In this document: piece by piece, positions 55,309 to 63,657 of the stretch
Layout of the letters: each line of letters opens with the position of its first letter
Position numbering within the stretch: position 1 is the stretch's first letter
Origin: a virus
IMG/VR virus record: IMGVR_UViG_3300043788_000169
Coordinates: 32,001-96,000 of that record
Length of the DNA: 64,000 nucleotides
Reading direction: 5' to 3' (one strand)
The notes under the pieces: generated by a model
Told to the model about the DNA's origin: nothing
The model's input: the letters and a program-made list of their open reading frames with translations, nothing else
Databases searched by the model: none
Made by a program: the position numbers and the translations under genes

Positions 55309-55650
55309 CTAGTTCTGCTCTTCCAGCAGGTCGGCCCACCGTCCGGTGAACTCCTCGACTGCGGCGTCCACGATCGGCCACGCCCAGTGCGGGTAGTTGC
55401 CGGGCCCGTAGAAGGGCTCCCTGACCTCTCGTGTGCCCACGGTGCCGTCCTGCTTGATCACGTGGCTGTAGAAGTTGCCGCCGAAGATGCGCCAGGCGTT
55501 GCCGCCCTGGTAGCGCAGCTCGATGCGGATGCTGTGCGCGCGCAGCGTCCAGGGGTTGTACTTGTGCTGGTAGTCCGGCCAGTCGTCCTCGGGCCCGCGC
55601 TCGACGGTGATGTTGCCTCTTGCGTGAGCGCCCATCATGATCTTTGGCAT
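55309..55650 (-). CDS. hypothetical protein
   Basis: GGAGG RBS. Confidence 0.7.
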   Translation of the reverse strand: MPKIMMGAHARGNITVERGPEDDWPDYQHKYNPWTLRAHSIRIELRYQGGNAWRIFGGNFYSHVIKQDGTVGTREVREPFYGPGNYPHWAWPIVDAAVEEFTGRWADLLEEQN

Positions 55651-56091
55651 TTATGCCTCCTCCTGGAGCTTGGCCAGCCCGGCGTCGGTGAGCCCGTACT
55701 GGAGCCGGTGCATTGTGGGTGTTCCGAAAGACCGCACCGTGCTGTCGAGCAGGCCGAGGCGCACCAGCCTCTGGGCCAAGCCCGCCATTCTGGCCGGGGT
55801 GCTCTCCAGCGCTTCCGCGAGCATGACGTGTGTGGTGGCACCCTCGTGCACGGCGTTGAGCACCGTCCACAGGCCGTCGGCCATCCGCCTGTCCCGCTCG
55901 GCGGGCAGCAGCGTTGCGTAGATGTCGTGCTGGTCTGTGCGAGCCTGCTCCAGCACCTGCTGCAGTGCGTCGATGTTCCTGACCTTGATCATTTCGGCCT
56001 CGTCGGCCGCGAGGATCCACACCCGGCCCTGGTCGTCCACGCCGATCTGCGCGTCCGACTCGGGTACGTCGTAGGTGATTCGCATGTCCAT
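55651..56091 (-). CDS. protein with C-terminal MarR-like winged HTH
   Basis: VLNAVHEGATTHVMLAEALESTPARMAGLAQRLVRLGLL...YGLTDAG. Confidence 0.65.
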   Translation of the reverse strand: MDMRITYDVPESDAQIGVDDQGRVWILAADEAEMIKVRNIDALQQVLEQARTDQHDIYATLLPAERDRRMADGLWTVLNAVHEGATTHVMLAEALESTPARMAGLAQRLVRLGLLDSTVRSFGTPTMHRLQYGLTDAGLAKLQEEA

Positions 56092-56097
56092 AGGTGA

Positions 56098-56364
56098 TCA
56101 GCTCCCGTCACGCATCGCTGCGCGGATCTGGCGCCAGCGAACGACGTCGACCCGGCCGGCCCAGACCACCATGTTGGGGTGCTCGGGCACGATGTCTGTG
56201 TCGTTGTTGCGCTGCTCTGGTTCTGGTACCCGCAGTGTGGCGGGCGTGGCATCGCAGACTGGGCAGCATGGTCCAGGACGCACCCGGCCGCGGAGGTGGT
56301 CCCACTGCAGGCCGGTGCCCTTGCACGGCTGTGCCTGCAGCGGGTCTGTGTTCGGCACGGTCAT
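56098..56364 (-). CDS. small Zn-binding protein
   Basis: CKGTG...CPVC...H; conserved leader with GGAGG. Confidence 0.65.
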   Translation of the reverse strand: MTVPNTDPLQAQPCKGTGLQWDHLRGRVRPGPCCPVCDATPATLRVPEPEQRNNDTDIVPEHPNMVVWAGRVDVVRWRQIRAAMRDGS

Positions 56365-56397
56365 CTTTCAGCCTCCGTTCTCTGGGCTAGTGCTCAT

Positions 56398-56443
56398 ACA
56401 TTAACACATCAGGTTGACACGTGTCTACCGACTCTGCTAGGTT
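56398..56443. promoter_or_regulatory. repeat copy 5: divergent double promoter (TTGACA-N18-TAGGTT on +, TAGACA-N18-TAATGT on -)
   Basis: Motif at 56413-56429, at the point where gene orientation diverges. Confidence 0.75.
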
Positions 56444-56478
56444 TCTCTCATGACCACAGCCCAGTAAACGGAGGCCAG

Positions 56479-57411
56479 ATGGAAACCTACACGTACGCTG
56501 ACCCGGAGCTGTCGCCCCTGCCCATGCTGTGGGCGTGGCCCGGCTACATCCCGCGGCTGTGCATGACCATGGGATACGGCGAAGGCGGCACCATGAAAGG
56601 GCTGTCGGTCGTCAGCCTGCTGTCGCTGTTCAGCAACGGTCAGGACATGCCGGATGGCAGCCCGAACGGCTTCGGCAAGCCCGTCACCGTGGTCAATATC
56701 ACGGGCGAGGATCTGCGGCGGGAGGGCATGGCATGGCGCTACCGCGCGGCCGGCGCCGACACCCGCAACATCGTGGACCTGAGCACCGACGAGGATGGCA
56801 TGCCGTTCAAGCTGAGCAAGAAAGGTCTCGCCCTCATCCGCGAGGAGATCTGCAAGATCAATGCTCACGAGCCGGGAACCAAATACCAGCACATGGCCGA
56901 CTTCGGGATCTTGTACCTCGATCCCATGATGAGCATCGCGCCGCGGAACGTGTCCCAGAACACGACCTTCCGCTCGGTGCTGCTGGAGCCGCTGGACGCG
57001 CTGTGCTACGAGTTCAAGGCTGCTTGCTGGCTCATGAACCACACCACCAAGGACGGCAAGACCGTGGCCGGCTCGGCCGCCGCGACGCAGGGCCCGCGGA
57101 TGGTGCTCGGCTTCCGGCAGAGTGCCCGCAACCCCACGCACCGTGAGCTGTACCGGTTCAAGACCAACATCACCGAGAACACCCCCGCTCCGGTCCCGTA
57201 CATGAGCGAGGGCCGGGACACGAGTCTGCGGGTGCGGTGGATGACGGACTCCTGGGAGCAGCGCCGCAGCGGGTCCGGTGTCCTGAGCCGGTACGGCTCG
57301 CGCGCCTCGGAGGCCATGGCCCCCTCGCCAGTCCCGGCCCCGTACGCTGCCCCCATTCCGGAGCCGGCCAGCGTTGGCGAGATGTGGAAGAATCTCCAGT
57401 CCAGCATGTGA
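56479..57411 (+). CDS. AAA_25 / RepA-like P-loop protein with degenerate Walker A
   Basis: WAWPGYIP, GEGGTMKG, TGED, LYLDP, NHTTK and GSAA motifs. Confidence 0.75.
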   Translation: METYTYADPELSPLPMLWAWPGYIPRLCMTMGYGEGGTMKGLSVVSLLSLFSNGQDMPDGSPNGFGKPVTVVNITGEDLRREGMAWRYRAAGADTRNIVDLSTDEDGMPFKLSKKGLALIREEICKINAHEPGTKYQHMADFGILYLDPMMSIAPRNVSQNTTFRSVLLEPLDALCYEFKAACWLMNHTTKDGKTVAGSAAATQGPRMVLGFRQSARNPTHRELYRFKTNITENTPAPVPYMSEGRDTSLRVRWMTDSWEQRRSGSGVLSRYGSRASEAMAPSPVPAPYAAPIPEPASVGEMWKNLQSSM

Positions 57412-57418
57412 GGCAGTC

Positions 57419-57694
57419 ATGGAACGTATGCAGCTTGCCGACGCCCGATCAGGACTCGCGCTGCGTGAGGCTGTGTTCCTTGCGCGCGACCAGCGGCTTA
57501 CGACCGAGATCATCGAGGACGGCGTGGTGATCGCTGTCATCGGGCCAGCGCAGAGCGCGGAGCCGGGACAGGCCGCCCGCGACCAGGCGCCGGATGCGAT
57601 CGAGCAGGGCATCGCTGCGGCCAGCCGGCTGAATGCTCAGCTCGGCCTGGAGCTGACCCGTGTCCGCGATCTTGTTGCACAGCAGAGAAGGTAG
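57419..57694 (+). CDS. small protein with possible Phd/YefM-like N-terminus
   Basis: MQLADARSGL...EIIEDGVVIAVIGP resembles the Phd fold pattern. Confidence 0.5.
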   Translation: MERMQLADARSGLALREAVFLARDQRLTTEIIEDGVVIAVIGPAQSAEPGQAARDQAPDAIEQGIAAASRLNAQLGLELTRVRDLVAQQRR

Positions 57695-57702
57695 CTCACC
57701 TG

Positions 57703-57760
57703 GTTGACACGTGTCTACCTAGCACGTAGTGTTAGATCCAATCAGCCCAGCAAACGGAGG
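57703..57760 (+). promoter_or_regulatory. repeat copy 6 (TTGACA-N17-TAGTGT) plus conserved leader
   Basis: Motif 57703-57719; AGCCCAGCAAACGGAGG at 57744-57760. Confidence 0.8.
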
Positions 57761-57769
57761 ATGATGCAA

Positions 57770-58318
57770 ATGAAAGGTATCTGGACCAGAAACCACTTCG
57801 ACGTGATTGCTGCGGTGCTGCAGCGTGCTGTCGACACGGCTGACCACATCGAGGGGCCGCAGGGGAGCAGTGCGCACCGCGCGCTGGAGTTCGTGTGCGA
57901 GGCGTTCGTCGCGGTCTTCAACGCTGACAGCGAGCGCTTCCAGCCCGACCGGTTCCGCCAGGCAGCCGGCCTCGACCCCAAGGGCACCGCGGTCCAGCTC
58001 GATGAGCGGGAGATGTTCTTCTACGAGCACGCCAACTGGGCCGGGAAGTTCGACGGCGAGAGCGCGGCGCATGCCCGCGGCCGCACCGCGATCTTGCTGG
58101 CCGACGCGGAGCGGTGCCTGGAGAAGGCACCGGACACCCGCGTCGAGTGGGAGCGCGACCCTGCAGGCAAGGTCGGCACCGGTTTCTGGGGTGCCTACCT
58201 GTACCAGGGCGGCAGTTTCCTCGGCTCGGACGACGTGGAGCTGACCGGCGACCCGGGGAAGGACTCCATTCGCAAGAGAGTCACCACCGCGGTCCTCGCG
58301 CTGGAGTACCTTGCCTGA
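57770..58318 (+). CDS. hypothetical protein
   Basis: RBS-supported ATG; FQPDRFRQAAG motif. Confidence 0.7.
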   Translation: MKGIWTRNHFDVIAAVLQRAVDTADHIEGPQGSSAHRALEFVCEAFVAVFNADSERFQPDRFRQAAGLDPKGTAVQLDEREMFFYEHANWAGKFDGESAAHARGRTAILLADAERCLEKAPDTRVEWERDPAGKVGTGFWGAYLYQGGSFLGSDDVELTGDPGKDSIRKRVTTAVLALEYLA

Positions 58319-58321
58319 CAG

Positions 58322-58377
58322 GAGGTGAGTGGACTCCACCTCGGAGCACCAGTTCTGCGCTGCAGGCTGGTGCTCCG
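58322..58377 (+). terminator. tandem hairpins
   Basis: GAGGTG...CACCTC and CGGAGCACCAG...CTGGTGCTCCG. Confidence 0.55.
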
Positions 58378-58412
58378 CTGTGTGCGAGGGTACTCCGTAA
58401 GGCCGTGGGTAG

Positions 58413-58473
58413 GTTGACACGTGTCTACCGTACCACTACCATGGGGATAGATGAAAGCCCACCGAACGGAGGC
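58413..58473 (+). promoter_or_regulatory. repeat copy 7 (TTGACA-N17-TACCAT) plus conserved leader
   Basis: Motif 58413-58429; AGCCCACCGAACGGAGGC at 58456-58473. Confidence 0.8.
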
Positions 58474-58477
58474 CGCC

Positions 58478-58774
58478 ATGACAGCCATACGGGTCACTGT
58501 GGAAGCGATGAAGCATCCGGAGGTGCGGGAAACCCTGGAGGTCGATACTGATCTGCCGCTCCCGCTCACTGCGGACGGGGTAGCGCAGCTCCGGAACTCC
58601 CTGAACGGCCAGAGCAAGGTCACGGCCGTCGCGGGGTCGTTCTGGATTCGCCACGTGCGCGACGAGCACGGCGGCTGCGTGGAGTGCGGCATGCTCGTCT
58701 CCGGCCGGTTCGGCCATGGCCCGTCGTGCTCGGTGCCGACCGGCGGCGAGCCTGCCCCGGTGCTGTTCTCGTGA
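58478..58774 (+). CDS. hypothetical protein with C-terminal CxxC..H..C
   Basis: ATG after the conserved leader. Confidence 0.65.
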   Translation: MTAIRVTVEAMKHPEVRETLEVDTDLPLPLTADGVAQLRNSLNGQSKVTAVAGSFWIRHVRDEHGGCVECGMLVSGRFGHGPSCSVPTGGEPAPVLFS

Positions 58775-58956
58775 GGCCGCACCGCTGCTCGCGCCGGCTG
58801 TGCTTCCGCATCGCCCCGATCTGGGTAGGCGTCCCCGGCACGTGGCCAGCCCCGTCGGCCGTCGGCCGGTGGTCCTGCCGACGGCATGCAGGACGGCTGC
58901 GCACCAAGCTGATCCGCGAGATGAGGAAGCACCACCCGTGGCACTTCCACGGGTGA
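58771..58956 (+). CDS. small basic Cys protein
   Basis: GTGA overlap; CSRRLC...CRRH. Confidence 0.45.
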   Translation: MRPHRCSRRLCFRIAPIWVGVPGTWPAPSAVGRWSCRRHAGRLRTKLIREMRKHHPWHFHG

Positions 58957-58996
58957 AGATCCCCGATTATCTGTATCAGCAGAGAGGAGGCAGTTC

Positions 58997-59227
58997 ATGA
59001 TCATTCTTACGGCTGGCGAGCCCGACCTAGGCCGGGCCGAGACCATGCACGAGCTTGCGTGTGCTGCCTACGATGCAGCTCGCGCGGAAGTTCTCCGGCT
59101 CATCGAAGAGCTGGACGCGACGTACCAGCGGCTGAGTGCGAACACACAGCTTGTCGACACGTCCGCGGTCAACCTCGCGGATACCTGCCAGGCGGCCGGC
59201 CTCACGCCGGTCCTGGAGCCAGCCTAG
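58997..59227 (+). CDS. hypothetical helical protein
   Basis: GAGGAGG RBS. Confidence 0.6.
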   Translation: MIILTAGEPDLGRAETMHELACAAYDAARAEVLRLIEELDATYQRLSANTQLVDTSAVNLADTCQAAGLTPVLEPA

Positions 59228-59241
59228 GCTGGCACAGCGCT

Positions 59242-59269
59242 CGGGCCCGGGACTAGCTCCCCGGGCCCG
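59242..59269. terminator. hairpin between convergent genes
   Basis: CGGGCCCGGG-loop-CCCGGGCCCG. Confidence 0.6.
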
Positions 59270-59300
59270 TTCGCATGTGTGCAGGACTGTTCGGATCTGT

Positions 59301-59627
59301 TCAGACCTCCGGCCGGCTCGGCCACGGAAACGCGCGCCGCAGCTCGGTCAGGTCGGTCAGGTCGGGTGGCTCCGGCAGGTCGTATGGTGCCTCGTCCGGC
59401 GTCACGAGCGTGAAGTCCTGTACGTCGATGATCTCGTACCCGGCAGCCTGCGCCTGCGCGGCCGCGTCGTCGCTGTCACGCGCTTGGTAGCTCGGCCCGG
59501 TCCATCCGCTAGGGGACATCACCGTGTACGTCTCCAGGAAGCTCTGCGGGCCGACTGGAGCGGCTTCCTCGTCCGGCTCGCCTGCGGGCTGCATGCGGAG
59601 GAGGTCTTTGGTCTGCTGTGCGTCCAT
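59301..59627 (-). CDS. acidic hypothetical protein
   Basis: GAGGAG RBS before ATG 59627. Confidence 0.6.
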   Translation of the reverse strand: MDAQQTKDLLRMQPAGEPDEEAAPVGPQSFLETYTVMSPSGWTGPSYQARDSDDAAAQAQAAGYEIIDVQDFTLVTPDEAPYDLPEPPDLTDLTELRRAFPWPSRPEV

Positions 59628-59631
59628 GCGG

Positions 59632-59916
59632 CTACTCCTCGCCCGTGCAGGTGCCCGCGGCCATCGCAAAGAGCGTGGCGAGGTTGACCTCCGCAACGGG
59701 CTTGCCGTCCTGGTACAGCGTGACGTACATCTCCAGGGCTGGCCAGTCGTAGCCGTGCCGGGTCTGCTCCTCCTCGCCCCAGAAGCCGGCGTTGTCGAAG
59801 CTGTGACCCTGGACCTCTGCGGTCACCTCTCGCTCGTCCGGCTCGTGCCAGTCGGCCCGCATGCCAAGCTCGCGTGCAACGGCCTGCAGCTCGGCCTGTG
59901 TGTGAATCATCTTCAT
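59632..59916 (-). CDS. hypothetical protein
   Basis: GGAGG RBS; LGMRADWHEPDE motif. Confidence 0.7.
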   Translation of the reverse strand: MKMIHTQAELQAVARELGMRADWHEPDEREVTAEVQGHSFDNAGFWGEEEQTRHGYDWPALEMYVTLYQDGKPVAEVNLATLFAMAAGTCTGEE

Positions 59917-59926
59917 GGGTGCCTCC

Positions 59927-60481
59927 CTACTGCAGCACGATCCGGGTCTTGTCCTCCAGAGCGCTAGGCTCCACGTGGGCCGGGTATTCCGACCCGTCGC
60001 GCGCCCGGACCATCAGCGGAAGGTCACTCTGCAGCGAGGGATCGGTTGCCGGGATGATGATCTCCCCGGACGCTTCGATCTGGTAGGCCGGCGTGGCGGG
60101 CAGAGACACCACGGTGCACATGCTGAAGAGCATGATCCGGAACTCGCCCGCGGCGACCTCCAGGACCGCCGGCGTGCCTTGCGGAGCGTAGGTGCCTGGC
60201 GTCGCACAGCGGCACGGGGTGTCTGGCTGGCTGTCGTGGTAGTGGCCGGCCTCGTCTTCCGGGATGACCCGGCCGATCGACCACGAGCCTTCCGCGAGCA
60301 CGTCTCCGTCTTCGTCCGTCACGGTGATCTCTCCGCCGCTGGCCACGGTCCACGCGCTCATCGGTGGCATGTCGTAGTCAGGACTTAGCGCAACGATGTC
60401 CAGCGCATCGCTCGCGTCGCTGGCCACGATGGTCACGTTCGCGTAGAGCACGCGCTCCAGTCGCACATCAAACTCTGGCAT
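59927..60481 (-). CDS. acidic hypothetical protein
   Basis: 184 aa, D/E-rich. Confidence 0.65.
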   Translation of the reverse strand: MPEFDVRLERVLYANVTIVASDASDALDIVALSPDYDMPPMSAWTVASGGEITVTDEDGDVLAEGSWSIGRVIPEDEAGHYHDSQPDTPCRCATPGTYAPQGTPAVLEVAAGEFRIMLFSMCTVVSLPATPAYQIEASGEIIIPATDPSLQSDLPLMVRARDGSEYPAHVEPSALEDKTRIVLQ

Positions 60482-60535
60482 GGGTCATCACTTCCGTTCT
60501 GGTTGTGGGGGTTCTCCGGTTGGCCGGAGGCGCGC

Positions 60536-61022
60536 TCAGCGGATCCAGTAGTCGACTCCGCCGAAGCTGACCGAGGTGTAGTCGATCTTGAGTTCGTTGG
60601 CTGCCGCTTCCCAGTCGATGTGATTCAGCGGCCACTGCGCGTTGCGGGAGATCGCGCCGATGTCGCTGGCCAGATCTTCCGCGTAGGTCTCGAAGTAGGA
60701 GTCACGGATCAGGGACTCCCCGTGCTCCCAGTCGGGCGCGTAGCCGGAAGCCTCCCCGGCCAGCTCGCGGAGCTGCTCCAGCTCTTTCCGTCTGGTCCTC
60801 GTCCAGCCCGACCCCGTACTTCTCTGCCTGCTCGCGCAGGCTGGCCAGCTCGGCCGCCTCGTCGTCGGACACCCCCGGGTGTGTCTCCAGTGCGCGCAGT
60901 TCCGCGAGCCGGCGCTCTTGCGCTTCCAGCTCGGACAGCTCTTCGATCCGCGCGATCACGTCGCGGCTGTCAATCAAGTCCTCGTCGTTGGTGATCGGGT
61001 CGGTAGCTGTGATCTCTGCCAT
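60536..61022 (-). CDS. acidic ArdA-like antirestriction candidate, split by a +1 frameshift at 60785-60787
   Basis: IDSRDVIARIEEL... then, one base on, ELEQLRELAGEASGYAPDWEHGESLIRDSYFETYAEDLASDIG...IDWEAAANELKIDY...YWIR*. Confidence 0.6.
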
Positions 61023-61028
61023 GTCCAT

Positions 61029-61087
61029 CGCCTCCGTTTGCTGGGCTGTGCTCACAGCTTAGCGGATAGGTAGACACGTGTCAACCA
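61029..61087 (-). promoter_or_regulatory. repeat copy 8 (TTGACA-N17-TAAGCT) plus conserved leader
   Basis: Motif at 61069-61085; 59 bp nearly identical to 61995-62052. Confidence 0.85.
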
Positions 61088-61285
61088 GTTAGGGAACTCC
61101 GGCAGCGGGCATAATGGAGCTGTGACCATTCTGGTGCTCAGCCTTCTGGCGCTCGCCTTCCTGTGCCGCCGGCCGATCGGCGCATGGGCGGTGCGCAAGC
61201 TCACGCGCCTGGCGATCAAGCTCCGCCCGTTCGGTATCGCCTATGTGCTGCTGCTCGCGTTTTTCTTTGGTGTCCTGCACGTCTG

Positions 61286-61317
61286 AGGGCCCGCCCAGAC
61301 GCATCTAGGCGGGCCCT
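61286..61317 (-). terminator. hairpin after 61332..61991
   Basis: AGGGCCCGCC...GGCGGGCCCT. Confidence 0.6.
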
Positions 61318-61331
61318 GGAGTGCTTGTGCG

Positions 61332-61991
61332 CTACTCCTCGTCGTCCTCGTAGGGCTTGACCTGTGCGCGCTGGTCTCCGTCGAAGAATGCACGGGTCTC
61401 CAGGTTGTTGCTGAGGATCAGGCCAAGGGTGCCGTAGTCGGCCTCCACGGTCCACGTGCCCTCGTAGGGGTCCGAGGCGAACATCACCGTGTCACCCTCG
61501 GAGAACTGGACACCCTCCAGCGGCTTGAGCTTCAGCTCGGTCTCTCCGTCCTCCTGGAACGCGTAGACCTCCGCGCCAATGTCGTCCGTGTTGCCGCGCT
61601 CGTTCTGGTACCACGCGTTGGGGTAGCACCCGGACTCCACCATGAGCTTGGCCAGCTCGTAGGTGGCGATCTCGCGCGTGGGATATCCCGGCTCGCGCCA
61701 GTAGGCCGGGCGGTGCGTGCCTTCCATGACCACGCGGTAGGTGCCGCGGTCCTCGGTCACGTAGGCGTCGAACTCGTCGGGCCGGTCCTCCCAGTCAGCG
61801 AGCATGGCCGACGCGTCCAGCGTGGCATTGGCGAGCGCACCGTGCAGCTCGTCCATGTCGGTATGGAGCCGGCCACACTCAATCTCCACCTCATCCCCGC
61901 TGTCCGTGGTGATCTTGAGGGTGATGGCTCCGTACTCGTCATCGGCGCGAGTGATCTCGAATGATGGGTTGCCGTTCAGTGTGAGCTTCAT
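61332..61991 (-). CDS. acidic hypothetical protein
   Basis: ATG 61991 after the conserved leader; D/E-rich. Confidence 0.75.
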   Translation of the reverse strand: MKLTLNGNPSFEITRADDEYGAITLKITTDSGDEVEIECGRLHTDMDELHGALANATLDASAMLADWEDRPDEFDAYVTEDRGTYRVVMEGTHRPAYWREPGYPTREIATYELAKLMVESGCYPNAWYQNERGNTDDIGAEVYAFQEDGETELKLKPLEGVQFSEGDTVMFASDPYEGTWTVEADYGTLGLILSNNLETRAFFDGDQRAQVKPYEDDEE

Positions 61992-61994
61992 GTG

Positions 61995-62052
61995 CGCCTC
62001 CGTTTGTGGGCTGTGCTCACAGCTTAGCGGATAGGTAGACACGTGTCAACCA
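61995..62052 (-). promoter_or_regulatory. repeat copy 9 (TTGACA-N17-TAAGCT) plus conserved leader
   Basis: Motif at 62034-62050. Confidence 0.85.
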
Positions 62053-62083
62053 AAAGGCCCCCGGAAGTTAGATCCGGGGGCCT
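62052..62083 (-). terminator. intrinsic terminator
   Basis: Minus strand AGGCCCCCGGA...TCCGGGGGCC followed by TTTT. Confidence 0.75.
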
Positions 62084-62099
62084 CCGTAAGGCCGGAGCG

Positions 62100-62495
62100 C
62101 TAGGAGACCAGCGCGAGGAATGGCGCGGTGCTCCGTGGTCGGCGGTACGGTGCGTACTGCCTGACCTGCCTGATGAAGTCAGCGCGTCCCTTGTACTGGC
62201 CGATGATCGCATCCGGGTCGATCTTGAAGAGGTGCGCGATCATCCAGCCGTAGTCATCCCACGACGCGGCGCGTAGCTCGTCGTCCAGCGGGTAGCTGCC
62301 GATAGTGCGGTGCGCGGTCGGCCTCGTGCCGTGGTGGCTGTAGGCGTAGAACTGCACGCCCTGGCTGTAGCCGGCCAGCCGCGGGCGGAAGTCCCGAACA
62401 TCGTCGGGCCAGATGTCCGCTCCGTTCAGCAGACGCGCCAGGCGGAAAGCCTCGCGCACGTCGTCTGAGGTGATCTTGGTGCTGTAGACCTTCAT
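62100..62495 (-). CDS. hypothetical protein
   Basis: AASWDDYGW...LFKIDPDA motif; conserved leader. Confidence 0.75.
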   Translation of the reverse strand: MKVYSTKITSDDVREAFRLARLLNGADIWPDDVRDFRPRLAGYSQGVQFYAYSHHGTRPTAHRTIGSYPLDDELRAASWDDYGWMIAHLFKIDPDAIIGQYKGRADFIRQVRQYAPYRRPRSTAPFLALVS

Positions 62496-62502
62496 GGGCT
62501 TG

Positions 62503-62565
62503 GCCTCCGTTTAGTGGGCTTGGCTTCCATCACCTATCGAAGCACATTGGTAGACACGTGTCAAC
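62503..62565 (-). promoter_or_regulatory. repeat copy 10 (weak -10) plus conserved leader
   Basis: Motif 62549-62565; AGCCCACTAAACGGAGGC at 62503-62520. Confidence 0.7.
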
Positions 62566-62661
62566 CACCATAGGGAACTCCGTAAGGCCGCGGGCAGCAA
62601 AGACCGCCCGTACCGGCAGGCACGAGCGGTCTCCAGGCCCGATGCAGTTATTCCGAGAGAG

Positions 62662-62940
62662 CTAGGGATAGAACCGGATAGTCGGAACCCCGTTCGCGTC
62701 CCGCTCGGTCACGGTCTCCTCGCGCGGCTCGTAGGCGATCCAGTCTCCGTCGTCAGTGATCGCCCGTACGGGTATCACGTTGCCGGCCGCGTCGGTGGCC
62801 AGCACGAGTCCGGGCCCTAGCACGTCCGCCTCCAGGTAGTAGGTTGCCGACTCAAGGCTGGGCTTAGGCAGGGACAGATGAATCTTGCCATCCCTGCCAG
62901 TGAACGCCGCGACATAGGGGGCTTGGTGTGCAGTGCTCAT
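62662..62940 (-). CDS. hypothetical protein
   Basis: GGAG RBS before ATG 62940. Confidence 0.6.
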   Translation of the reverse strand: MSTAHQAPYVAAFTGRDGKIHLSLPKPSLESATYYLEADVLGPGLVLATDAAGNVIPVRAITDDGDWIAYEPREETVTERDANGVPTIRFYP

Positions 62941-62967
62941 AGAGATCAGCTCCATTCTCCGATGCAT

Positions 62968-63156
62968 CTATTTTGGCAATAGGCCAAGCTCGCGCATGTC
63001 ATCCATCACCACCCCGAACGGGCTGGAGCCGTCCGGGATCGCTGCCACGCGCCTGGCGAGATCAGTCAGGTACAGCCGCACCGCAAGCGCGTAGGTCTCA
63101 GGCGTGCCGTGGAATTGCCAGGGCACGCGCACGGCCGACTCATCCGTCGCTGCCAT
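62968..63156 (-). CDS. hypothetical protein
   Basis: AAGGAGG RBS. Confidence 0.6.
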   Translation of the reverse strand: MAATDESAVRVPWQFHGTPETYALAVRLYLTDLARRVAAIPDGSSPFGVVMDDMRELGLLPK

Positions 63157-63499
63157 GCGCCTCCTTGCCGGGCCAGCGCGGCACGTGTGGCCCGTTGCCG
63201 GCCGGATAGCAGTGATCGTCCCCGGACGTGTCGAATACGCGTCCGTCGCTCGCTAGGTGCACGTAGTCACCACAGCCACGACAGGTCACACCAGGGAGGT
63301 GCGGGGATACCTGAATCAGGAACTGTGAGCCGGCCGCATCGGTGTAGATGAAAGACGCGCCCGTGTTCCATTCCTCCGGCTCAGAGCAGCCGCTCAGGAT
63401 GAGATCTCCGGTTGACAGCTCTTGCGCGACGGACAGCGCATGCTCTGGTTTGGCCAGCGCGCAGAACTCATCCCACAGGGGATCATGCGGTGTGCTCAC
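63140..63499 (-). CDS. hypothetical protein with CxxC...C...H
   Basis: GTG 63499 (MSTPHDPLW), GTGA overlap. Confidence 0.6.
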   Translation of the reverse strand: MSTPHDPLWDEFCALAKPEHALSVAQELSTGDLILSGCSEPEEWNTGASFIYTDAAGSQFLIQVSPHLPGVTCRGCGDYVHLASDGRVFDTSGDDHCYPAGNGPHVPRWPGKEAHGSDG

Positions 63500-63657
63500 A
63501 GCCTCACCCCACGATGCACAGGATGATTGATGGGGGTAGCTCGCAAGCGCCGGCGGGCCCGCTTCTGGAGTTCGTGCCATCCTGGCCACGGTCTCAGCAG
63601 ATACAGCATGTGCCGGCGGCACTCCGGGCAGATCAGGAGGAGCACGAGCGCTGTCAT
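63496..63657 (-). CDS. small hypothetical protein
   Basis: ATGA overlap; CPEC. Confidence 0.4.
   Translation of the reverse strand: MTALVLLLICPECRRHMLYLLRPWPGWHELQKRARRRLRATPINHPVHRGVRL

Noticed and set aside
61089-61304. 71-aa minus-strand ORF
   Set aside because: Starts inside a terminator hairpin and has no RBS; coding status unsupported
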